DNA of 64,000 bases, taken from Antedon mediterranea (taxonomy: Eukaryota; Animalia; Echinodermata). The position numbers and the translations under genes were made by a program. Below are positions 1-21,553 of the stretch, in pieces. The number at the start of each line of letters is the position of its first letter. Within the stretch, counting starts at the first letter, position 1. The stretch is taken from the NCBI RefSeq assembly GCF_964355755.1, contig NC_092677.1, positions 2,192,101 through 2,256,100 of the forward strand, in the 5' to 3' direction. The notes under the pieces were generated by a model. The model worked only from the letters and a program-made list of their open reading frames with translations, was not told the origin of the DNA and did not search any database.

Positions 1-3000
1 ATCCCATATCTACACAGACACAATGTTAAACAGAGTTAGCAAAATATGTCTCTTATAAAGCTCTGGCTGCACTATCAAACTAGTTTGACAAAAGTGTGAT
101 GTGCCCAAATATGGTAGTGATATGACATCATCACATCCATGTATGGCCACAACACATTTATTTGTCACATAAACTTTGATAGTGTAGACAGTAAAATAGA
201 CAGAGCTTTATTCTAAATATGTGACTAATATCACATGTATCATTGATTAAATGTGCACTGAAATTAAATTTTGGACTATGTCACGATAATATTCTACTGC
301 AGTTACTGCAGTAACAACATTTTAACCATTTTTTTCAATTATCAATTTTAATTAAATTATCAAGCAATTTTTTTTTTCTGGGTAATCATACACTGTATAT
401 ATAGACTTCTACATTGAAACAAACTAAAATGATACGTTTACTGCAGTAAAAATTTAGTTACTGCAGTAAAAATTTAGTTACTGCAGTTACTTTCAATAGA
501 ACAATGTTGACATAATCCTTTATATACCAACATTGATAGATGGAATGATAAGAAATAGTGTGACAGCCACTTACCAAATGCCTAACCTTTATATACCAAC
601 ATTGATAGATGGAATGATATGAAATAGTGTGACAGCCACTTACCAAATGCCTAACCTTTATATACCAACATTGATAGATGGAATGATATGCAATATAGTC
701 TGGGTTCCAGACGGAGTTTTGTCTTAATATTAGTTAAAAGATAAATATTTTGGCACAGATGGCGTTTCATACGTATACTACTTGATTTTGGATACTCCGT
801 CTGGGGAAACACGCACAAGTCACGTGGTTTGACACCAAGAATTCTTGGTGCATACGATTATCCGGTTGACTAGTTTCAGCTGCATGCGATTGGCTACTCA
901 CTCGTACACCGTGTAAATATTCATATTTCAGAATTTTAAAGACTCAACAACTAAGATGATGCGCATGCGCTATGTTACGTTTAGACAATGTGTACTTGGG
1001 TACATTTATGAAAGTTCTGAAGGCTAGAAATTATTTTATATGCCTAGTACTAGTAGTCTGGTAAACATTTGATGGGATCTTTGAAACATGAAAACTCGTC
1101 TTGATATATGATAGGCTAGCTTCTCCGCAAATCAAACATTGAATCAATCATTTATTACGCGGAGATAATTTTGATTTAATTCCCACCGAGACCCTGTCCT
1201 GTTCTGTGTGGTGGTGTAGCCCTGTTGTGTGCCGGTGGTATGTAATGTAGGCCTACTTCATTGGCGTTTTATTTGGCAGGTCATACACGCGAGTTGAGTA
1301 GGACCTACGAAAGAGGCCTAGGCCAAGGACTAAACAATTAATAAACAAAACAACTTGGCATTACTATTTTATATTTCAACAGTCTCGATCGTACATTAAG
1401 CACTGGTAGGCCTACGTACTCGATCTCTTTCATTTTGAAACAAAATGATCATTGGTTGATTCGAAATCCATATTTACATACCGCCCGCCCCATATAGCCA
1501 AATACGGTATGATAACCTACGTCATTCTTATCGTATGTTTGCGGTCTGCAAATCGATTTCTATACGTGTTTCACAAGTCTGTATTTTCAGACAAAAATCG
1601 CGGTCGAAATAAAAACAAATAAATAAAAAAAAAAGATAATACAGACTTCGGGCAAGTCTATATGCAATAGTGTGACAGCCACTTACCAAATGCCTAACCT
1701 TTATATACTAACATTGATAGATGGAATGATATGAAATAGTGTGACAGCCACTTACCAAATGTCTAACACCGTTGATTGAATGGTATAAAACACTGGCACT
1801 GAGTCCTGCTTTACAGGTCGTTATAAGAGCTGGACCTGCGGTCCACGACTTCACCTTTTCCAATGTGTCGGCAAAGTTTGTAGGTACCATCAGCATTGCA
1901 ATACCAAAGCCATAGATACCTTAGGTAAACAATATAAAGGTGAGTCCTGTATTCATTCTGAGTGTAACGTTATGAGCTGATATGAGCTCATTATACTTAA
2001 GCTCTGTCTACACTATCAAACTTTATGTGACAAAAAACTATGAGTGCCCATATGGACATGGTGATGTCATATCACTACCATAATTTGGCATATCACTGCC
2101 ATGTTTGGGAACATCACATTTTTTTTGTCAAACTAGTTTGATAGTGTAGACAGAGCCTAATCCTTGGCACTATGTATGGTAGGGTGGCCAGTTTCTTTCC
2201 ATGGCACCTTAAGTAAGTGAAATCATTATTTTTGTAAAATTAAAATTGCAAAATGGTCTATTCAAATCCGATTTTATTAATCTTCATTTTTCATGTTTTT
2301 TGGGGGACAATACATTGTTAAAATATTAATATCAAAATATTATAAATAGATTACTTTTATTTTTATGTGAAGTGCATAGAGGCTTTATGCATTATGTGCT
2401 TAAAAGCCTAAATTGATTATTATTAAACAGACCTGGTACCAAACATAAATCATTGGAATGGACTGTTAAATTGATTATTATTAAACAGACCTGGTACCAA
2501 ACATAAATCATTGGAATGGACTGTTAAATTGATTATTATTAAACAGACCTGGTACCAAACATAAATCATTGGAATGGACTGTTAAATTGATTATTATTAA
2601 ACAGACCTGGTACCAAACATAAATCATTGGAATGGACTGTTAAATTGATTATTATTAAACAGACCTGGTACCAAACATAAATCATTGGAATGGACTGTTA
2701 AATTGATTATTATTAAACAGACCTGGTACAAAACATAAATCATTGGAATGGACTGTTAAATTGATTATTATTAAACAGACCTGGTACCAAACATAAATCA
2801 TTGGAATGGACTGTTAAATTGATTATTATTAAACAGACCTGGTACCAAACATAAATCATTGGAATGGACTGTTAAATTGATTATTATTAAACAGACCTGG
2901 TACCAAACATAAATCATTGGAATGGACTGTTAAATTGATTATTATTAAACAGACCTGGTACCAAACATAAATCATTGGAATGGACTGTTAAATTGATTAT

Positions 3001-5987
3001 TATTAAACAGACCTGGTACCAAACATAAATCATTGGAATGGACTGTTAAATTGATTATTATTAAACAGACCTGGTACAAAACATAAATCATTGGAATGGA
3101 CTGTTAAATTGATTATTATTAAACAGACCTGGTACAAAACATAAATCATTGGAATGGACTGTTAAATTGATTATTATTAAACAGACCTGGTACCAAACAT
3201 AAATCATTGGAATGGACTGTTAAATTGATTATTATTAAACAGACCTGGTACAAAACATAAATCATTGGAATGGACTGTTAAATTGATTATTATTAAACAG
3301 ACCTGGTACCAAACATAAATCATTGGAATGGACTGTTAAATTGATTATTATTAAACAGACCTGGTACAAAACATAAATCATTGGAATGGACTGTTAAATT
3401 GATTATTATTAAACAGACCTGGTACAAAACATAAATCATTGGAATGGACTGTTAAATTGATTATTATTAAACAGACCTGGTACAAAACATAAATCATTGG
3501 AATGGACTGTTAAATTGATTATTATTAAACAGACCTGGTACAAAACATAAATCATTGGAATGGACTGTTAAATTGATTATTATTAAACAGACCTGGTACC
3601 AAACATAAATCATTGGAATGGACTGTTAAATTGATTATTATTAAACAGACCTGGTACCAAACATAAATCATTGGAATGGACTGTTAAATTGACACATACT
3701 GCGGTTCAATGTCAAACTAGTTATTTAACAATCTCACTTCCTGGTATTCTTGTTTTAACAGCTGATCTATCAAAACAGCTGTTGTTCTCCTTAAGATAGT
3801 GAAATAGTATAATGATAACAAAGGCCAATGCTAGGGTGTTACATAAATGTTATATAAGTAGTGTGAAAAGACACTTATGATGATGTCCTCACCATAACTG
3901 CCTGTTCACACTACTTTTTCAGGGGTAAAATGCATACACATTGGAGATTGGTAATTGTGTTCCTATATTATTCACTTTATTTAGAAGTACTCCTAATGCT
4001 CTGTCTACACTATCAAACTTTATGTGACAACATCTGATGTGAACATATATGGACATGATGATGACATATCCATACCATATTTGGGCATATCACTACCATA
4101 TTTGTGCACATCACACTTTTTTTGTCAAACTAGTTTGATAGTGTAGACAGAGCTTTACCTGTTGTTAGTGCTATGCCTGTTGCACGGTGACAGATTGACA
4201 TCACTGGAGGTAATTGCCATCTAGAGGGTTAATATAAAATACAGACTCATTGTTACTGATTATTATTAGCTATATTTTTAGCAAATTTGAAAAAAAATAA
4301 GAATAGAAGAAAATAAAACACTTGACTAAGACAACAGCAAAACCAGACAAATAAAATGAAATGGTTGATTGTTACCTCCAGATAGTGACATGAGGTGACA
4401 CTGGTCTACTGAGGCGTTCATTTCTTTTCCAAAATGCTTTCATTTCTTCTCTTGCAGTGGTTGCCATTCTGCACCTAAAATAGGCACAATGCATTAGTAA
4501 CAAATGGACCAAAAAAAACTCTTTAATTTAAATTAAGCATTCTCATTAACATATTATTTTTTTTATTCACATATATACAACTTAATCCCAACTTAATCCC
4601 AACTTAATCCCAACTTAATCCCAACCAAACTTGGAATGAACATCAATTCTTTCACTCTTACTTACTTTATAGCTTGCCTTGATTGTTGTAGTTGACGATA
4701 AAAATGTTGCCGACATGACGACCTGTAAAGTTATGTAAAAACTGTAATAATAGTCATACTAATATACAATTTTTTTAATTATTATTAACTTGTTTAATAG
4801 GTCAGAGAAACGGTTATGAATAGGAGACTTGATTGTGAAGTTGTAAATCAGTAACGCGTTACAAATAACAGTTGACGCGAATTGCTTCAAAGACAAAGTA
4901 AAATTTTACTGCTTTTTATTTACTTAAAGACCCCTTCCCTGCAATTTTGGACGTTTTTTGGAAAATAATACATATATATCACTTTAAAAACATTAAACCA
5001 TGTCATTCCTTGTCTTAAATGTACGTTTTATGGTAAATTATGATAAAAAGTGAGAAACAATGCACTACCTAAGTAGCTCGCGGCGATCGACCTCTCGTGG
5101 ACGGTCTTAGGCCTAGCCTAGCTAGGCTTAGTTTTGTAGGCCTAGCTGGTAAACATCGATAACGTACGAACATCGTACGCTAGCTATATACCTAGCCTGA
5201 CGTTGTATAGTTGCTGCATTAATTGTCTTTCTATTTTTGCCAGACTCCGTTGATACAAATTGGGGAAAACCCGGTATTTTCGCTGAAAAGTTAGGAGTCT
5301 TCCATTTGTTTTGGCTTCACGATCGATCGAAAAGTGGGCGAATTACAGGTGAAAAACAAAAATATCAATCCGCGCGCAATGCATTTTGGGATTTATAGCG
5401 GGCCGCTATAATTATTAGAATCGATTTATTTTTCACATTTTTAACCGTTTAAAGACGAAAAAAGTTATCGCAATAGGACCATATAGTATTATTTTTACAT
5501 TAAATATAGTTTGTGATCTTAAATTAGATCTAAAAAACGTAGGGAATGGGGCTTTAAAAATTACATATGAATGATGTTGTTAACAATGGATCTATTTAAC
5601 ATAATGAATAGCATGCATTTGATAAGACTTTGATGCGAAAAACCATTACCGGGTGCCACCAGTTGTAGACGTATATGAGCCTAAAGCCCTATTTATGCTA
5701 GGCCTATCTTCTTTAGAACATAAAAAGAAGACCGGCAGGAGGGCCTGCTGAGTGAACGAGGCTGCTGTGTGTGGTGAACTGAGGACTAGGCCTAGCCTAG
5801 TCTCTAGAGAGGCTAGCCTACTGGCTAGGCCTAGAGGGCCTAGGCTAGAGTTGTCACATTCTCATTAACTGAAGCGTCATAACTTAATTATATTAAATTC
5901 ATTATAACATATATATATATTGAGTTGAATACGTATATATTTCATTATATTTTAAATAGTAAAATAATACCTTAAAATTAGTGTCAT
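1..5987 (-). CDS. SDHC: Succinate dehydrogenase cytochrome b560 subunit (complex II subunit C), 6 exons, last exon truncated by window edge
   Basis: Exons 5987-5971, 4722-4666, 4474-4376, 4220-4159, 1919-1756, 9-<1, all GT-AG and in phase. Translation MTLILR...[46 protein letters not shown]...YHSINGVRHLIWD matches SDHC motifs (RPxSPH, SICHRxTG, HxxNGxRHLxWD). Confidence 0.96.
59..207. mobile_element. Harbinger/PIF-type MITE, family A
   Basis: Termini AGCTCTG(T)CTACACTATCAAAC...TTTGATAGTGTAGACAG(AGCT) flanked by TAA/TTA. About 16 copies of this family occur in the window. Confidence 0.75.
272..519. mobile_element. MITE family D (ACTGCAGTAAC-rich), degenerate
   Basis: Inverted ends GGACTATGTCA...TGACATAATCC with subterminal TACTGCAGT repeats. 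Related copies at about 22598-22800, 27925-28020, 48877-49498, 53150-53222 and 56860-57062. Confidence 0.6.
517..1766. repeat. 69-bp tandem repeat (4 copies, third interrupted by a transposon) duplicating the SDHC exon 5 donor site
   Basis: Units start at 517, 586, 655 and 1698. Each contains minus-strand GTTAGRCATTTG|GTAAGT. Confidence 0.9.
696..1660. mobile_element. Non-autonomous DNA transposon, AcademH-like
   Basis: 965-bp insertion in a repeat unit. Perfect 9-bp TSD TATGCAATA (687-695, 1661-1669), TAG...CTA termini, and a short hairpin in each end (GTCTGG-gtt-CCAGAC; AGACTT-cgggc-AAGTCT). Confidence 0.75.
2000..2157. mobile_element. Harbinger-type MITE, family A
   Basis: TIR AGCTCTGTCTACACTATCAAACT...AGTTTGATAGTGTAGACAGAGCC with TWA flanks. 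Confidence 0.85.
2409..3692. repeat. 58-bp minisatellite, about 22 copies, in SDHC intron 4
   Basis: Unit TAAATTGATTATTATTAAACAGACCTGGTAC(C/A)AAACATAAATCATTGGAATGGACTGT; only one variable position seen. Confidence 0.97.
3997..4154. mobile_element. Harbinger-type MITE, family A, inserted in the SDHC exon 4 donor site
   Basis: Family A TIRs; the flanking TTA at 4155-4157 overlaps the GT donor. Confidence 0.85.
4578..4625. repeat. 11-bp repeat (AACTTAATCCC), about 4 copies
   Basis: Direct reading. Confidence 0.85.
4928..5553. mobile_element. Kolobok-like non-autonomous element
   Basis: TTAA on both sides, AG...CT termini, imperfect TIR AGACCCCTTCCCT / AGGGAATGGGGCT. A degenerate fragment of its right end recurs at about 29990-30075. 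Confidence 0.75.
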
Positions 5988-6406
5988 TTTTGTTAATTTG
6001 TTGTTGTGAAAGCAACAAAATATTAGTTTACTCACGAGCGCCCTCTCTGACTGACTGCTGGTGGGGGTGTGGCGCTGTTTAGTCTCGGATCAAATATTTT
6101 GCGCGAAATCTGTGAAAGTGTTGTGTTTTTAACTTGGTCAAGTTGATGGTCACCTTTATATTTCGCCGTGTTTAAGTTAGTGTTTACTAATTGTGTGTAG
6201 AAAATTACCCTTTTGATCTGTAATAACACATTAACGACAAACCAGGTCGTGATTGAAAATCGGTTTTCTAGGAAAACTCAGTGCAGTGAATCAATTTACA
6301 GTACACGAATCTTGCGTTCTTTCTATTCTCACACTCTCACTCATGCTGGACGGTTCGACGACGTTGAATTGAGTTCTTTGACCACTAACCAAGGCTAAAC
6401 GATATC
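5988..6406. promoter_or_regulatory. Putative bidirectional promoter SDHC/CKS1 with an E2F-like site
   Basis: Start codons diverge about 420 bp apart. TTTCGCGC on the minus strand at 6101-6108. Confidence 0.6.
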
Positions 6407-7286
6407 ATGAATGCAAAAAGAAGTGAATTACAGAAAATGATATCGTACTCCGAGAAATACGACGATGGATATTTTGAGTACAGGTCAGCATACAGCTTTT
6501 AGAGAATTAAATATTATTATTAATAAAATAATTAATTTTTATCGAATATAGGGTATTGAGTATATAGTTAGGCTATATACTAGTCTTAGTATAGCTAGCC
6601 TTGGTTAGAGTTAGGCGCTTATATAAATACTGTATTTTTGTAGGGCTGGGCCTATAAAAAGAAAAAAGTCCTTTAATTAATTTAAATAAATTAGGCCTAC
6701 TGAGTTAAGTCTTTGTCTTAAGTTATATTGAAGTTATGACAGCCTATTTTAAATGGCTATTTTACAACAATTAATATTTGAATCCTACAGTATTTAATTT
6801 TACTAAGGCCTAATTTGATCTACAGTTGTGAATACAAAATTGTATAATTGTTTTCACAGGCATGTAATTCTGCCACCTGAACTTGTGAAGATCCTTCCTA
6901 AAAACCACTTAATGACGGAAACGGAATGGCGTAATATTGGTGTGCAACAGAGCCCGGGATGGATCCACTACCTAATACATTCACCAGGTAACCATCTTAA
7001 CAAAACTATCTTTTTCTCCAAAGCTCTGTCTACACTATAGTATCAAACTAGTAGTAGTGATGTGCCCTATTATGGTAGTCATAATTAATGCCAAAATATG
7101 GTAGTGATATGACATCTTCATGTCCATATATGGGCACATCACATCTTCCAATCCAAAAGAAATTGTTCACATCCACAATTATGTTTTAATTGCAGGCCAC
7201 CAAAACTATTGAAAAGAAATGTTAACAATTCTTTTTTTTAAACAGAGCCGCATATCTTGTTATTTCGAAGACCGCTATCACTCTGA
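6407..7286 (+). CDS. CKS1: Cyclin-dependent kinases regulatory subunit (CKS1/CKS2 family), 81 aa, 3 exons
   Basis: Exons 6407-6483, 6860-6987, 7246-7286. Translation [18 protein letters not shown]...[38 protein letters not shown]. Confidence 0.97.
7022..7145. mobile_element. MITE family A, partial
   Basis: AGCTCTGTCTACACTA end plus internal ATATGGTAGTGATATGACATC core. Confidence 0.7.
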
Positions 7287-7799
7287 GATGACGTCGAACT
7301 GTTTGGCTGAATACAGCAACTCATATCAGAAATTACAAGGATAAGAATCAAGAAGCAGAAACATATTATATTTTTAGTACTACTACTGGACCTAGAAGAG
7401 CATCGTGCAATCCAGCCCCAAATAACAGTACCTCTAAGTTCAATACTAAGTGTATATTTTTATTAAATGAAAAATACTAAATAATGTAATCAATACTTGA
7501 AATCTGTTTTGTTATGTAAATTACTTTATAATTAAATTTTGAAATAAATAAATTAAATTAGTTTTTCCAATTACAGTGAAAATTGTTGCCTTTTTACATA
7601 ACTGTGTATTAATACAGTATTAGTCACAGCGAGTTTTAGATAAGACTGTTAGAGAGAGAGCCATAAGGAGTGGTTTGTGCTATGCTTGTTGGTGGTATAG
7701 CATTCTGTACTATGGTTCATAATGCAATGTAGTTTGCTACAAACTTATCCCCTCAACATATTAACCATACAGCAAGCAAGATATCAGCTAAAAACCTAA

Positions 7800-7945
7800 A
7801 TATCTGTCTACACTATCAAACTATTTTGACAAAAACAAGTGCAATGTGGCCAAATAATATGGTAGTGATATAACATCATCATGATCATATTATATGGGCA
7901 CATCACATTTTTTTTTCACACAAAGTTTGATAGTGTAGACAGAGT
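7800..7945. mobile_element. MITE family A, between the CKS1 and CFAP91 3' ends
   Basis: TCTGTCTACACTATCAAACT...AGTTTGATAGTGTAGACAGAG. Confidence 0.8.
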
Positions 7946-8323
7946 TAAACTTCCACGTGCAACAATGAAAAAAAGAACTAGTTTCTTGAGAAAAGAAAGA
8001 TATCTATTATTTCATATACTGTACATATGAATTATATTATCACTATATTTTTCAGGAATTTTCTTAGAGTTTACAATTAATATACATCAAGTTCCAATAA
8101 AAATCAGTAACATTACAAGAAATGAAGAAATACTAATAATAGTACAACATTTACAATAGTGATACATAATCAAAATGAAGATTGTATATTAGAAATATAA
8201 TTTTAGATTAACGTTAAATTAATTATTCTAGACACATCTGAATGAAATAACAACACGTTTAAGAAGTAGAAATATTGATGGATTTAATACTAGTTTTAAT
8301 AATTAACAAATTTGTTAAAAGTT

Positions 8324-18243
<9,920 letters not shown>

Positions 18244-18370
18244 TCTTAAATATTATACTCTCTACTTAACTAACAAAAATATTAATTTTATCCGATTTTA
18301 CATCTTGCTAAACATGGATAATTAATTATGTTTTGCCACCATACTATCAACTTGCGAGACGATAATAAAT

Positions 18371-18384
18371 GATTCCATGGAAAC
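18371..18384. promoter_or_regulatory. RFX X-box-like motif upstream of CFAP91
   Basis: GATTCCATGGAAAC, one mismatch to the palindromic X-box GTTTCCATGGAAAC, about 130 bp upstream of a ciliary gene ATG. Confidence 0.6.
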
Positions 18385-19451
18385 ATGACATGCGCAATGC
18401 ACGAAGTGAACCTCATTGATCGCGATTGAGGGCGTGTGGCAAACAAATGGATTTTATATTGTGCTGCTGGGAGAGTGCGTTTTAAACTCGTGAATTATTT
18501 CGATTTTTAAAGTACCCACGGTTTTTTTTAATAACACAAGCTTCCTCTGACCTTTCAGGGACACGTTGACGCTGATTCATCAAATTGAAGGATTATAATT
18601 TTATAACAGGTTGCTCCTACAAAACTGAAAAATAATGGATTCCAATTGAGCCTCTCTCTCTCTCAAAACGATGTTATAATTAGACGCATGATCCGTTCTT
18701 ATTTAAACAATAAATGATCTTTCATTCGGGTTTTTCAGCGATTTGAGTCTTAACCTATTTGCCAACCAGAAGCATACATATTGGTTTGTATAATTTCAAA
18801 TATGTTTTTAGCTTTAGGGGCAGTTATTTTTGTCAAAGTGATGTACCTTTCATAGCTTCATTAATTTCAATAAATAATGAGCAAGCAACCTATTGTATTC
18901 CGTCTTCCAGCCATAACACAATCCGACTTGGATATATTTAAATAATGATTCAACCATGTACACACTTTACAGACAGCTTAGTAATTTCTTTTATTCACAT
19001 CATGCCCACTGAATAGTATTATCGAACCGACACAAAAAGTCAATTTGTACTGCACGAACAGAAACACTGTCAACTAATGGAGAAGCATCAGTACAATATA
19101 TACCAGTGACTATTTTTTTAATCATTCATTTGATTGATGTTGTTGATGATTAAATATTGATAATCCGCATCATTCAATATTTTATAAATTGTAAATTTAT
19201 AAAATTCTCATCGTTACGTTAGTACACAACGATCACACAAATTACGCGTGCGTTAAATAATCAGGTAAAAACATAAAAATGCAATTTTGCGGGTGTCACT
19301 CTAAACGTACGCGTGACGTGTCACGCCAAAGTGTATTTACCGCGCGGCGTCTTTGTCATCGGTCCAAGCGCCATCCACCCAACGGACTGTTAATATTTAA
19401 ATTTATCAAAGTTGTTTAATACCATTAATATGATTTTTTTTTTCTAGCAAC

Positions 19452-20015
19452 ATGATGGAACCACGTGACAGAGAGCGATTGAACCTGAACTACGAACTAC
19501 TAATTTCGCGCGTAAACGTCGATCACGTGATGTTATACCTGAATAGGATCATCTTCAATGAGATTGAGTGTGACAGAATTCACGCAGCAAAGACATCGCA
19601 AGAACGAATGAAGAAACTCCTTGATTTATTAACAACTAAAGGTCCGCACGCGTACCAACATTTTAGGCACGCGCTCTTAGACAGATACGCTGACATCGTC
19701 AAAACTTTAGACGGGACTTACACGCAATTACACCGTTCAATTTCAACACCGAACGAGAAAAACGCAGAATTGTCAGCAATTCGAACTTCTTTAATTCGAA
19801 ACTTAAAAACAAGTCGTGTTCTGGAGTATCTTGTAGTCGAAGATGTTTTTGACGAGAAAGATTGTCACAGCGTACGAGCTGGGTTGACCAATGAGGATAA
19901 AGCGCGTATTTTAGTTGATATCATTGCAAGTAGAGACTCAGAATGCTATCAAAAGTTTAAAATGGCAGTGATACTATGTGAACCTAAATTAGCCTCGTTG
20001 TTTGACAATAAGTAA
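19452..20015 (+). CDS. Tandem CARD-CARD protein, 187 aa, single coding exon
   Basis: Two internally similar death-fold units of about 90 aa (LLDLLTTKGPHAYQHFRHAL; ILVDIIASRDSECYQKFKMAV), resembling RAIDD/caspase-2/Apaf-1-type CARDs. A polypyrimidine-AG acceptor lies just 5' of the ATG. Confidence 0.85.
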   Translation: MMEPRDRERLNLNYELLISRVNVDHVMLYLNRIIFNEIECDRIHAAKTSQERMKKLLDLLTTKGPHAYQHFRHALLDRYADIVKTLDGTYTQLHRSISTPNEKNAELSAIRTSLIRNLKTSRVLEYLVVEDVFDEKDCHSVRAGLTNEDKARILVDIIASRDSECYQKFKMAVILCEPKLASLFDNK

Positions 20016-20156
20016 TGCTGTGTTTAGCTAGTTCATTTTGATCAGAATAATAATGACGAAGACATTTATGTTGATAGTACTGTAAAAATAATAGCAATGT
20101 GATGATGTTGTGTTACTAGGCTACATGTGACTTACTCGTACACTGTCATATACTAA

Positions 20157-20348
20157 AGCTTGGTTCCCAGACGCAACAAGCGAGTTGACCAATGAAAAGC
20201 AACTAGACTGTTTGTGTCATCCATCGCTTGTGATTGGTCCAAATCACTTACGTTGCGTTACGTCCTCACGTTGCGTACCTGTGGGAACCAAGCTTAAGGC
20301 TTGTGATTGGTCAACTCACTTGCGTTGCGCGTCCAAGTGGGAACCAAT
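20157..20348. mobile_element. Harbinger-type MITE family B, rearranged
   Basis: AGCTTGGTTCCCA...TGGGAACCAAGCT termini with a partial duplication. Confidence 0.7.
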
Positions 20349-20971
20349 CAATTCAATAATGTTACTACATACTACATTACATATTTTTCAAATTAGAACT
20401 ACCGTAATTCTAAGCCACCGCGCCAGACTATGTGACGTCAATGTGCGTTAACCGAATTTCTCTTTCCACCATTAAATATTAATCGAGAATTAACCCAATA
20501 CTTCTTGCTATTGTTCTGTACTTATACCACCTTGGAAAATGTATAACTATAATAAGACAATAAGCCTTTGTATATTGTTGTGGCGGAACTTATATATATT
20601 GCATCTTTTTATAGTATTCGTAATCGTGTTGTTTAAATTTTTTTTTTAATCCATAAACGTCGTGAACTAATAATAATTATGATTAATTCAATAATATTAG
20701 TCATTACTGTACTCTAGGCCTACTTCCTTTTTCTTTTGTACAAATAATAAAAGGAAAGACAAACACACGATTCCGAGTATTCATTCTATTGTAGATTTGT
20801 ATTGACTATAAAATGTTAGTGAAAAAATGTCAACGTCACCCAACTTTGGAGTTACAATACAGTTAAATGATGACGTCACTTGAGTGTTAAAAAAGTACAG
20901 TAATGTTCTGACGTCACGTGTGCATACATGGTACTCAATTTCTATGATTGTACCGCATATATGACGCCTAA

Positions 20972-21148
20972 AGCGTGGTTCCCACTAGCGACGCAACAAA
21001 AGGACGTAACGCAACGCAAGTGAATTGACCAATCACAAGCGATGGCTTTCGCTTGTGATTGCTAACTGTCTATAACTTCGCTTGTCATTGGTTAAAACGC
21101 TTGCGTTGCGTTTACGTCCTTGCGTTACGTTCTAGTGGGAACCAAGCT
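20972..21148. mobile_element. Harbinger-type MITE family B
   Basis: TAA-AGCGTGGTTCCCACTAG...CTAGTGGGAACCAAGCT-TTA. A further partial copy lies at about 32655-32796. Confidence 0.8.
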
Positions 21149-21362
21149 TTAGTTCAAACTGTTTGGTGTGTTGCTGTATTTTAATCTTATTGGCGAATGT
21201 ATTGCTGTTGATTTTAGTTTTAAAACTAATTTCATTTTTAAATAAAAGAAAATATTTTTGGAAAATGACAGTAAATTTCAGTACTTTTATTACACTAAAT
21301 AAATATACAACAAATGGCCTATTGCTAAACTGATGCAAGCTATACGAATTCTAATTCTTTAA

Positions 21363-21553
21363 AGGGTCTTTCACACCTGTTCCGGCACGCTTCCGGTCCG
21401 GCGAATCGAACATCAATGTTTCGTTTTCATGACGCTCCACGCGGCTATGAGCCAATCGATATGCGCGTAGCCGTGTGAAAACGAAACATCGACGTTCGAT
21501 TGGATTTTCTGCCGCCGTACCGGAACTGTGCCGGAACAGGTGTGAAAGACCCT
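21363..21553. mobile_element. Harbinger-type MITE family C
   Basis: Perfect TIR AGGGTCTTTCACACCTGTTCCGGCAC with TAA on both sides. Confidence 0.88.

Noticed and set aside
458-646. 62-aa ORF resembling the SDHC exon end
   Set aside because: Read-through of the 69-bp repeat copies, not a separate gene.
2409-3692. CRISPR-like regular array
   Set aside because: Units are contiguous and identical with no unique spacers, the context is a eukaryotic intron, and there are no cas genes.
4578-4625. Telomere-like repeat
   Set aside because: The unit is 11 bp (GGGATTAAGTT), not TTAGGG, and has only about 4 copies.
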